From the NCBI GenBank assembly GCA_903813345.2, contig CAIIXF020000001.1, positions 49,290,001 to 49,354,000 on the forward strand: a stretch of 64,000 bases of DNA. Direction: 5' to 3'. The notes beneath the pieces were generated by a model. That model worked only from the letters and a program-made list of their open reading frames with translations. It did not search any database and was not told the origin of the DNA. The DNA comes from Owenia fusiformis. Taxonomy: Eukaryota. The translations under genes were made by a program, and so were the position numbers. This document shows positions 53,292-64,000 of this stretch, piece by piece (the stretch's first letter is position 1; each line of letters begins with the position of its first letter).

Positions 53292-56200
53292 TAGTTTGAT
53301 TATTAAAAATTGTAAGTGTTGTTCCAAAATGTGTTACATTTTTTTTCATTGGCACGATCGTACCAGACAATGATATATTAGTGAACATGGTGTCTGTTGT
53401 TACAGTTTTAATCACTGTCACTGTTGTACCAGACAATGATATATTATTGAACATCTTATCTGTTGTAACAAAATGTGTTCAGTTTTTATCCTTGTCACGT
53501 TTGTAACAGACATTGTTGCATTCGTTTACATTTTATATTATATTGTTAAAAACGTGGTATATTTTTAATACTGTCACAGTTGTACCAGACATTGTTACAT
53601 TCTTGAACAGGGTATTAATTTTTAAAACGTGTTACATTTTTATTATTGCCACGGTTGTACCAGACATACTTGCATTATTAAATATTATATCTGTTGTTAC
53701 AAAATGTGTTATAGTTTTTATCATTGACACGATTGTACCAGCAGACAATGTAAATACTGTTGCAGTTCCACCATACATTGTTACATTGTTATATATTGTA
53801 TCTGTTGTTACAAAATGTGTTACATTTTTATCGTTGTCACGGTTTTACCATACATAGTTTAATTATTAAAAATTGTAAGTGTTGTTACAAAATGTGTTAC
53901 ATTTTTTATCATTGACACGATTGTACCAGACAACGATAAGTTATTGAACATGGTATCTGTTGTTACAAAATCTGTTAAAGTTTTAATCACTGTCACTGTT
54001 GTACCAGACTATTATATATTATTGAACATCTTATCTGTTGTAACAAAATGTGTTCAGTTTTTATCCTTGTCACGTTTGTAACAGACATTGTTGCATTAGT
54101 TTACATTTTATATATTGTTAAAAGTGTTACATTTTTAATATTGTCACTGTTGTACCAGATATTGTTACATTTTTGAACAGGGTATTAATTTTTAAAACGT
54201 CTTACATTTTTATTATTGCCACGGTTGTACCAGACATACTTGCATTATTAAATATTATATATGTTGTTACAAAATGTGTTACAGTTTTTATCATTGACAC
54301 GATTGTACCAGCAGACAAAGCAAATACTGTTGCGGTTCCACCATACATTGTTACATTGTTATATATTGTATCTGTTGTTACAAAATGTGTTACATTTTTA
54401 TCGTTGTCACGGTTGTACCAGACATAGTTTGATTATTAAAAATTGTAAGTGTTGTAACAAAATGTGTTACAGTTTTTATCATTGACACGATTGTACCAGA
54501 CAACGATAAATTATTGAACATGGTATCTGTTGTTACAAAATCTGTTACAGTTTTAATCACTGTCACTGTTGTACCAGACAATGATATATTATTGAACATC
54601 TTATCTGTTGTAACAAAATGTGTTCAGTTTTTATCCTTGTCACGTTTGTAACAGACATTGTTACATTCTTGAACAGGGTATTAATTTTTAAAAGTGTTAC
54701 ATTTTTATTATTGCCACGGTTGTACCAGACATACTTGCATTATTAAATATTATATCTGTTGTTACAAGATGTGTTACAGTTTTTACCATTTTTACGATTG
54801 TACCAGCAGACAATGTAAATACTGTTGCGGTTCCATCATACATTGTTACATTGTTATATATTGTATCTGTTGTTACAAAAAGTGTTACATTTTTATCGTT
54901 GTCACGCTTGTACCAGACATGGTTTGATTATTAAAAATTGTAAGTGTTGTTACAAAATGTGTTACAGTTTTTATCATTGACACGATTGTACCAGACAACG
55001 ATATATTATTGAACATGGTATCTGTTGTTACAAAATCTGTTATACAGTTTTAATCACTGTAACGGTTGTACCAGACAATTATATATTATTGAACATCTTA
55101 TATATTGTAACAAAATGTGTGCAGTTTTTATCCTTGTCACGTTTGTTACAGACATTGTTGCATTCGTTTACATTTTATATATTTTTAAAAACGTGTTACA
55201 TATTTTAATACTGTCACGGTTATACCAGACATTGTTACATTCTTGAACAGGGTATTAATTTTTTAAAACGTGTTACATTTTTATTATTGCCACGGTTGTA
55301 CCAGACATACTTGCATTATTAAATATTATATCTGGTGTTACAGTTTTTATCATTGACACGATTGTACCAGCAGACAATGTAAATACTGTTGCAGTTCCAC
55401 CATACATTGTTACATTGTTATATATTGTATCTGTTGTTACAAAATGTGTTACATTTTTATCGTTGTCACGGTTGTACCAGACATAGTTTGATTATTAAAA
55501 ATTGTAAGTGTTGTTACAAAATGTGTTACAGTTTTTATCATTGACACGATTGTACCAGACAACGATATATTATTGAACATGGTATCTGTTGTTACAAAAT
55601 CTGTTAAAGTTTTAATCACTGTCACTGTTGTACCAGACTATTATATATAATTGAACATCTTATCTGTTGTAACAAAATGTGTTCAGTTTTTATCCTTGTC
55701 ACGTTTGTAACAGACATTGTTGCATTAGTTTACATTTTATATTATATTGTTAAAAACGTGGTATATTTTTAATACTGTCACGGTTGTACCAGACATTGTT
55801 ACATTATTGAACAGGGTATTAATTTTTAAAACGTGTTACATTTTTATTATTGCCACGGTTGTACCAGACATACTTGCATTATTAAATATTATATCTGTTG
55901 TTACAAAATGTGTTACACTTTTTATCATTGACACGATTGTACCAGCAGACAATGTAAATACTGTTGCGGTTCCACCATACATTGTTATATATTGTATCTG
56001 TTGTTACAAAATGTGTTACATTTTTATCGTTGTCACGGTTGTATCAGACATAGTTTGATTATTAAAAATTGTAAGTGTTGTTACAAAATGTGTTACAGTT
56101 TTTATCATTGACACGATTGTACCAGACAACGATATATTATTAAACATGGTATCTGTTGTTACAAAATCTGTTACAGTTTTAATCACTGTCACTGTTGTAC

Positions 56201-56526
56201 CAGACACTGATATATTATTGTACATCTTATCTGTTGTAACAAAATGTGTTCAGTTTTTATCCTTGTCACGTTTGTAACAGACATTGTTGCATTCGTTTAC
56301 ATTTTATATATTGTTAAAAACGTGGTACTTTTTTAATACTGTCACGGTTGTACCAGACATTGTTACATTCTTGAACAGGGTATTAATTTTTAAAACGTGT
56401 TACATTTTTATTATTGCCACGGTTGTACCAGACATACTGCATGGCATTATTAAATATTATATCTGTTGTTACAAAATGTGTTACATTTTTATCGTTGTCA
56501 CGGTTGTACCAGACATAGTTTGATTA
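53292..56526 (+). repeat. ~565-bp higher-order repeat of diverged 39-bp monomers, ~6 units
   Basis: Marker CAT(A/G)GTTT(G/A)ATTA recurs near 53290, 53853, 54423, 54918, 55482, 56049 and 56513. Confidence 0.9.
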
Positions 56527-58659
56527 GTTTACCCTTTTCATGCTTTTGTCAAATAAATATTTCTGATTTTGGTCTGATTTTATTTACAAAGAACTAATAT
56601 AATTATGGAAAGTCAACAGATGTCAGTCATTTTTGTGTTGCACACTCCCCTCATTGAATTACATGTTAAAGCCTCTTTATATTTGAATTTGTATTCATTT
56701 GACCTGTGAGGAAGATACATGATTGAAATGTAACTTGACTTCATTTCCAATGCCTCCAAATTCTCCAAAATTTCCCCTCAATTACAGTAGAAAATTTATA
56801 ATTTTGATGAATTTTCGAAAATCGTCATTCCTATGTAAACCAATGGGAAATGGTGTGTTCGGGGGAAATCTGATTTCAGGATATCTATCCAGTAAAGGAT
56901 TCACCAAAAAATATTTTTATATAGAAAATTGAATTATCTAACTTTTTGTACGCTGATTGTTCAGCTTACTATTTGAATACTAAAGTTACAGAGCTTAAAA
57001 GTCATTTTTGAAAATCATTTTCGCCTCATGTGTTATTTCAATGGGGGTAGTTTTTCGAATAATAATTTTGACTTTGAAGATCTCTAACTTGTATATTTTA
57101 TCATATGTTTAGAAATGTGTATATTTGATAGATGCATTAACTTCAGAAAAGGTTCACCTAGGTATAAAAGAGTATAAGACGAAGCGACACGTTTTTTTAA
57201 GATGTACAATGTAATATGAATGTCCAATATAATTTTTCGACCCCTTGGATTAGTGTACCGGTCTCAATTTACCCTTTTGGGACCTAAATCCTATTACATT
57301 ATGGTTTAACAATATGAGATACATTGGTGTTGTTGCATCATTGCTCAAATCTAGATGGGTGTTTTTGCATCTTCGGTTTGGTGTTGTTGCATCAATAGTG
57401 AGGAACTAAAACCGTGAATTAATCGCTTCTCGATGATGCTACATGTATACAAATGACAGTTATTTAAAATATAGATCGTGTACTAACTGCACGTATATGC
57501 ATTATTGATAAACTCGTCTTAGAAAAAGGTTTAAATTGTGAAAACAAAATATCTTACGAAAATCAATCACCGGAAGGTAGGCCATCTTGATGCAACAACA
57601 AGGTGTTCTTGCATCACGATACCCCCCAGTGAGATGTGACACATGTATTGGTATCTAATAATGTATTGAATGGTTTGAAGACGCCTAATTTGTAGAAGAT
57701 TCAAATGATATAATAAATAAAATATTCCAGTCTATTTTCGGCTTTGTATAAAAAACCTCCTACCCACGTACCCTCGTACCCACGTACGTAGGTCCTGACC
57801 CAGTCTTTAAAGAGTTAAATTTTTAAATGTTTAAAACATTATTCAATCTCAGTTTATCCTGAATTATAGATGAATTTATGCATCCATATGCCTTTATTTA
57901 TAGGTCTGACATCTCTCTAGTAAAATAAAATAAAGCCGGAATTGCATAAATGTTCAGTCTTACCTGTATAACACATCAGTGCCGATTAGCAATCTCCTAG
58001 CCTTCGTTCAGTGCAATCCGTGCCTCCTGTTACCTCATGCAGATTGTAAATGTCCCGGTAAGTTTACCCTTGTCCAAAAGTTGACATCTTTTTAAAAATA
58101 TATTTCTTAGAGTTTCCAACCAATTAAATTCACCACATTTTATTAGATGTTTATTTTAAATGTTATTAGAATTCATTCTTACGAATATTATACGTTATTA
58201 ACGTATGTTAGTCAAAGATTTGGTGTCGTTGTTGTCCATTGTATTCATGTTTTACGCGCAAAAAGCTAGAAACTACAAAGCTGAACTTTTATCATTCAAA
58301 CCAGTTTTACATCAAATCATTGTCAAAATAAAACTCTACTCTTCATATTACCTAATTATGGATCAAACGGCCATGAATAATGTTGAAGTTTACAAAACCA
58401 AACTTACCCTCCCCTGCATAAGTTTGGCAACTCTAACTTTTAATTCCATCTAAATGATTCACTGAACTAGTGCGCACAATTATCCTTAAATTGTGCCAAA
58501 AAGCGATTAAAAACGAATATAGCGAATCCTTCTACTTTTCAAATATTTCGTTATTCAATTGCGCCACGGTTAAACAGAAATGCAGCCTTTATTATTCCTT
58601 GAGATCGTGTGAATTGATCACTCTATCACTTTGTATCTCCAATTCTGATGTTAAATTAA
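56527..58659 (-). promoter_or_regulatory. Non-satellite island with the probable UROD promoter / 5' exons
   Basis: Minus-strand GTAAGA donors at 57963 and ~57557, YY1-like CAAGATGGC, ETS-like CCGGAAG, four TGATGCAA sites. Confidence 0.4.
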
Positions 58660-59669
58660 ACAATGTCTGGTAGAACCGGGACAATGTATAACAGTGTAAC
58701 AATGTCTGGTACAACCGGGACAATGTATAACAGTGTAACAATGTCTGGTACAACCGTGACAATGTATAACAGTGTAACAATGTCTGGTACAACCGTGACA
58801 ATGTATAACAGTGTAACAATGTCTGGTACAACCGGGACAATGTATAACAGTGTAACAATGTCTGGTACAACCGGGACAATGTATAACAGTGTAACAATGT
58901 CTGGTAGAACCGGGACAATATATAACAGTGTAACAATGTCTGGTACAACCGGGACAATGTATAACAGTGTAACAATGTCTGGTACAACCGTGACAATGTA
59001 TAACAGTGTAACAATGTATGGTACAACCGGGACAATGTATAACAGTGTAACAATGTCTGGTACAACCGGGACAATGTATAACAGTGTAACAATGTCTAGT
59101 AGAACCGGGACAATGTATAACAGTGTAACAATGTCTGGTACAACCGTGACAATGTATAACAGTGTAACAATGTCTGGTACAACCGTGACAATGTATAACA
59201 GTGTAACAATGTCTGGTACAACCGGGACAATGTATAACAGTGTAACAATGTCTGGTACAACCGTGACAATGTATAACAGTGTAACAATGTCTGGTACAAC
59301 CGTGACAATGTATAACAGTGTAACAATGTCTGGTACAACCGGGACAATGTATAACAGTGTAACAATGTCTGGTACAACCGGGACAATGTATAACAGTGTA
59401 ACAATGTCTGGTAGAACCGGGACAATATATAACAGTGTAACAATGTCTGGTACAACCGGGACAATGTATAACAGTGTAACAATGTCTGGTACAACCGTGA
59501 CAATGTATAACAGTGTAACAATGTATGGTACAACCGGGACAATGTATAACAGTGTAACAATGTCTGGTACAACCGGGACAATGTATAACAGTGTAACAAT
59601 GTCTGGTAGAACCGGGACAATGTATAACAGTGTAACAATGTCTGGTACAACCGTGACAATGTATAACAG
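58660..59669 (-). repeat. 39-bp satellite array in inverted orientation, ~26 copies, interrupted by the LTR element
   Basis: Reverse complement of the 51748-53291 monomer; resumes in register at 63957. Confidence 0.98.
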
Positions 59670-61013
59670 TGTGATGATCTGAGGAGACAAAACCTGAAAT
59701 ATTTTGTAAAAATATCAGTCCCCTGTTGAAATGATGTTGAAGACATGACGTTTTACCTTAGAATGCTGAATCTTTTAAATCAACTGAATTGTCCCTATGT
59801 TGTGGCAGAAGAACTAGCCGTTTGATTGTAGTTTGAAGAAGTTATGACATGAAACATGAGAAATCGTAGAAATTTCCAGGTGTCGTCCGCCATATTGGAT
59901 TGCATTCGAAAATAGTCTCACTTGACGACCAATACGTTTCGATGTTAAAATGTGATTCAACACACTAAATAGGGAATCTTCTACATAATAACTTAAAGAT
60001 GAACTCTATGATCGTAATTATATATATGACGGCGATGTATGATACCGATAGCGTGGTAAAAATGTTGATTCTAGATTGACAATGGTGCGTGACGTCATTA
60101 ATAATGCGTTCGTGATTGGTTCCTCTATAAAAGAGTGAGGCGGGGAATTTGAATTGTCTTTGGCATTGGTAACTCGGAGTGGCAACACGTACTCTGAATG
60201 GTGAGAGTCCGCGACAGCCCTATTAATGTTATTTGTAATATAATTTCCCGTCCCAAGTGTGTCTGAATGTTTGGACTTGTGTTTGAAATTGGTTTTGATG
60301 ACATTTTGGTAGTGTTCTTTGAATAATTGTGTGTAGAAGTCCGCGACTGGTCTGCGACTTTTGGTAGAAAAGTCCGCGACTTTTGATTATTGTTGGATTT
60401 GTAATTCATGATCTAGAATTGTATATCCCAGTGTGTGGACAGTGTTTCTAATTGCTTATGAATGATTCTTGAGGTATAATAACAGTGTGAAATGTGACGT
60501 TTAGTACGCGACTGAATGGAATAACTGACAGCTGATTTGGTCTAGACGTTTCTGGGCAATTGTGGTCAATTACCGAACAAATTTAGAGTCTTTCATACAG
60601 TGACTGACTATTGGTATGTGATTGATTGGGAATAAACGGCACATTGATGATTCAGTTAGTATACATATATTGACAAGAAACACTTAAAGAAGCAAGAACT
60701 TGGGCCGCTACCATTATATTGATTAGTTCTTGGAATATGCACTGAGTGACCTTTGTGTGAGTGAAACCTGGTTGTTATGGGATATTGGATGTGGAATAAA
60801 TACTGATTGATGAATTATTAGTGGAGATATCATAGCAGTGACATATCTTCTACATATATTAGAGACATTTTGAATAGATAATCATCTTAACTGAGTGATT
60901 TAAGTGTACATATTATAGGTTAATAAACGTGTATATAGTATTGAATATAAACTAAGTGTCAGTTTCCTGATTTAGCATCTGGGTCTAGTTGTGTAGAGAC
61001 CTTGCATGCTACA
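59670..61013 (+). repeat. 5' LTR
   Basis: Direct repeat of 62613-63956 (offset 2943); TATAAAA at ~60126, AATAAA at ~60922. Confidence 0.97.
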
Positions 61014-61018
61014 AAAAT

Positions 61019-61032
61019 TGGTGGCAGTAGTG
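61019..61032 (+). other. Primer-binding site, probably tRNA-Leu
   Basis: TGGTGGCAGTAGTG 5 nt after the LTR; resembles the complement of the tRNA-Leu(AAG/TAG) 3' end. Confidence 0.7.
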
Positions 61033-61141
61033 TTTGACGATACTTTACGTGATACTCGGAAGTGATTTAAAAGGGAAAAGACACTTGTTTTGTTCTATAT
61101 TATTGCATATATTTATCCTTATTGTACACATATATGTGAAA

Positions 61142-62554
61142 ATGGCTGAAGGCGGAATGGATGTGCCTGAAATTACGTTTAAAAATCCAGAGTTGGTGAT
61201 GAATGGGGATGATGACCAAAGACCACATGTTGCTCTTGGCTCCAGACCTGTTTCTGTTTCGGCCAATTCAGATTCTGGTATGGAAACGATGGCAAGATGT
61301 ATGAAATCAGATAAATACAAACCTATTGAAACTGTGGTTTCAGCACCCAATGCTAGCTTGGTTGATGTTACCCCATTATCAATGGTAAATGAGACGGGAA
61401 CTCAGAAGGATTTGATATCCAGAAAAAGGTTGGATTTCAATAGATTAAATTCAACAAGTATGAATAATGAACACCAAAATCATGGAATGGTGACTATGGA
61501 ACAATTGAATGAAGAAATCGGATCTTTGTTTGAATTACTAGAGGAACAGAAGAAAAACATTGGTCAGTTAGGTGAAACTGGCTGTCTGTCAAGTGAGACT
61601 GGTACCAAAATGCTGCCCTTTGAATTAATGCGCAGTAGTTCTGGAGAGGGAAATTGCAGTGGAACGTGCAAGAGCTCTGTACAGGGAATAAACCATAGCC
61701 TGGCCATGGGTGGAATTGGAAAGGGGATGCACAATAATTCCAGAGATGGGAAGAGCAATGGTTCTGTACGCACTAGCTGTGGATCGTTGGGGGGATTAAT
61801 GAAAAATCCCAGGTTCAACGATGATATGGGGGGGAGTAATGAAACTCCCAGCTCCAATGATCCGGGGGGAAGCACTGGTGCTTCCAGCTCCCAAGTCTTG
61901 AGGGGAAGTATGGACACTTCCAGCTCTCAAGAAGCATTAGGTACCAGGGAGACAGTGGAAAAGCAGAAGTTGAATGTATTTAATTTACCTGCAGGAAATG
62001 GTACATGGTATAATGTGAAACAAGCAGATGTTGTTCCTGACAAATTTAAAGGCACAAGTGAAGTAGCATGGAGAGATTACCAAATACATTTTGAAACAGT
62101 GGCGGTGATTAATAATTGGAACGATGCCCAAAAGGTGGCTCATTTGGCTGTCAATTTACGGGGAGATGCACAGCAATTATTGGGTGACATGAGTACAGCC
62201 ACAAGAAATAATTACTCAATGATGGTTGATGAGTTGAGTAGACGTTTTGATGATATATGTAACATTGAAACATTTAGAGTACAATTGAAAAACAGGATGA
62301 AGAAGAAAGAAGAATCCTATCAAGAATTTGGACACGCTATAAAAAGATTAGCAAGGCGAGGTTACCCAGAATTTTCAGCAGTGGGACATGAAACTATAGC
62401 TGTTGAACATGTGATTAATAAGTTACCAGACAGAGATGCCAGAATGTATGTACAAACAAAGAAACCAAAAACAGTGACAGAGGCTATTAACTTAGCGATG
62501 GAACTAGATGCATTTAGATTAACAGAGAAACAAAGGAGTGATATACTGGCATAA
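61142..62554 (+). CDS. gag: Retrotransposon Gag (capsid) protein, 470 aa
   Basis: PDKFKG...WRDYQIHFE...NNW...LRGDA...LSRRF...QLKNRMKKKEESYQEF...LARRGYP...PKTVTEAI capsid motifs; no CCHC knuckle. Confidence 0.9.
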   Translation: MAEGGMDVPEITFKNPELVMNGDDDQRPHVALGSRPVSVSANSDSGMETMARCMKSDKYKPIETVVSAPNASLVDVTPLSMVNETGTQKDLISRKRLDFNRLNSTSMNNEHQNHGMVTMEQLNEEIGSLFELLEEQKKNIGQLGETGCLSSETGTKMLPFELMRSSSGEGNCSGTCKSSVQGINHSLAMGGIGKGMHNNSRDGKSNGSVRTSCGSLGGLMKNPRFNDDMGGSNETPSSNDPGGSTGASSSQVLRGSMDTSSSQEALGTRETVEKQKLNVFNLPAGNGTWYNVKQADVVPDKFKGTSEVAWRDYQIHFETVAVINNWNDAQKVAHLAVNLRGDAQQLLGDMSTATRNNYSMMVDELSRRFDDICNIETFRVQLKNRMKKKEESYQEFGHAIKRLARRGYPEFSAVGHETIAVEHVINKLPDRDARMYVQTKKPKTVTEAINLAMELDAFRLTEKQRSDILA

Positions 62555-62599
62555 CCTGAAATATTTTGTAATTGAATTAGATGCGGGACGCATCTCATT

Positions 62600-62612
62600 A
62601 AGGGGGGAGTTG
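62600..62612 (+). other. Polypurine tract
   Basis: AAGGGGGGAG, 3 nt upstream of the 3' LTR. Confidence 0.85.
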
Positions 62613-63956
62613 TGTGATGATCTGAGGAGACAAAACCTGAAATATTTTGTAAAAATATCAGTCCCCTGTTGAAATGATGTTGAAGACATGACGTTTTACC
62701 TTAGAATGCTGAATCTTTTAAATCAACTGAATTGTCCCTATGTTGTGGCAGAAGAACTAGCCGTTTGATTGTAGTTTGAAGAAGTTATGACATGAAACAT
62801 GAGAAATCGTAGAAATTTCCAGGTGTCGTCCGCCATATTGGATTGCATTCGAAAATAGTCTCACTTGACGACCAATACGTTTCGATGTTAAAATGTGATT
62901 CAACGCACTAAATAGGGAATCTTCTACATAATAACTTAAAGATGAACTCTATGATCGTAATTATATATATGACGGCGATGTATGATACCGATAGCGTGGT
63001 AAAAATGTTGATTCTAGATTGACAATGGTGCGTGACGTCATTAATAATGCGTTCGTGATTGGTTCCTCTATAAAAGAGTGAGGCGGGGAATTTGAATTGT
63101 CTTTGGCATTGGTAACTCGGAGTGGCAACACGTACTCTGAATGGTGAGAGTCCGCGACAGCCCTATTAATGTTATTTGTAATATAATTTCCCGTCCCAAG
63201 TGTGTCTGAATGTTTGGACTTGTGTTTGAAATTGGTTTTGATGACATTTTGGTAGTGTTCTTTGAATAATTGTGTGTAGAAGTCCGCGACTGGTCTGCGA
63301 CTTTTGGTAGAAAAGTCCGCGACTTTTGATTATTGTTGGATTTGTAATTCATGATCTAGAATTGTATATCCCAGTGTGTGGACAGTGTTTCTAATTGCTT
63401 ATGAATGATTCTTGAGGTATAATAACAGTGTGAAATGTGACGTTTAGTACGCGACTGAATGGAATAACTGACAGCTGATTTGGTCTAGACGTTTCTGGGC
63501 AATTGTGGTCAATTACCGAACAAATTTAGAGTCTTTCATACAGTGACTGACTATTGGTATGTGATTGATTGGGAATAAACGGCACATTGATGATTCAGTT
63601 AGTATACATATATTGACAAGAAACACTTAAAGAAGCAAGAACTTGGGCCGCTACCATTATATTGATTAGTTCTTGGAATATGCACTGAGTGACCTTTGTG
63701 TGAGTGAAACCTGGTTGTTATGGGATATTGGATGTGGAATAAATACTGATTGATGAATTATTAGTGGAGATATCATAGCAGTGACATATCTTCTACATAT
63801 ATTAGAGACATTTTGAATAGATAATCATCTTAACTGAGTGATTTAAGTGTACATATTATAGGTTAATAAACGTGTATATAGTATTGAATATAAACTAAGT
63901 GTCAGTTTCCTGATTTAGCATCTGGGTCTAGTTGTGTAGAGACCTTGCATGCTACA
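62613..63956 (+). repeat. 3' LTR
   Basis: Direct repeat of the 5' LTR; one difference noticed (A59962 vs G62905). Confidence 0.97.
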
Positions 63957-64000
63957 ACAGTGTAACAATGTCTGGTACAACCGTGACAATGTATAACAGT
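63957..64000 (-). repeat. Continuation of the inverted 39-bp satellite
   Basis: ACAGTGTAACAATGTCTGGTACAACCGTGAC... Confidence 0.95.

Larger units (their letters stand above)
59670..63956 (+). mobile_element. Gag-only non-autonomous Ty3/Gypsy-type LTR retrotransposon
   Basis: 1344-bp LTRs TGT...ACA (59670-61013, 62613-63956), TSD ACAG, PBS, PPT, single gag ORF. Confidence 0.95.

Noticed and set aside
51680..53454. Long ORFs of 514-572 aa with 13-residue repeats (also 58592-59746)
   Set aside because: The 39-bp monomer is stop-free in several frames on both strands; it is satellite DNA, one array is split by an LTR element, and nothing supports translation
59674..59725. Hammerhead-ribozyme-like string at the LTR start (CTGAGGA...GAAA-hairpin-ATC)
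   Set aside because: Stem III can form, but stems I and II do not pair convincingly; an Infernal/RNAfold test would be needed
60125..60409. 94-aa antisense ORF, repeated at 63068-63352
   Set aside because: Low-complexity, no motif; duplicated only because it lies in the LTRs

Overview
AT-rich animal genomic DNA with spliceosomal introns and a dense repeat landscape; the repeat types suggest a marine invertebrate, possibly a lophotrochozoan (inference). Three recognisable spliced genes: a core-2/I-branching beta-1,6-GlcNAc transferase (GCNT family, +, 16436-18894, 3 coding exons), CLCC1/MCLC (+, 35275-40657, 7 coding exons) and UROD (-, 8 exons 46185-50782, first coding exon unresolved). A fourth candidate is a two-exon gene for an 83-aa secreted six-cysteine peptide (-, 19950-20867). 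Mobile DNA includes a young 5'-truncated LINE with a 7-bp TSD, many MITEs (piggyBac-, Harbinger-, Kolobok-, Tc1/mariner-, hAT5- and Transib-like, some nested), Helentron/DINE-1-like elements and a tandemly duplicated HTH-only mariner. The right end holds two oppositely oriented 39-bp satellite arrays flanking a 2.1-kb promoter-like island. The second array is interrupted by a very recent LTR element with 1344-bp LTRs, PBS, PPT and 4-bp TSD that encodes only a capsid-type Gag (no zinc knuckle, no pol). All calls were made by eye with no database searches; superfamily labels rest on termini and TSD rules.
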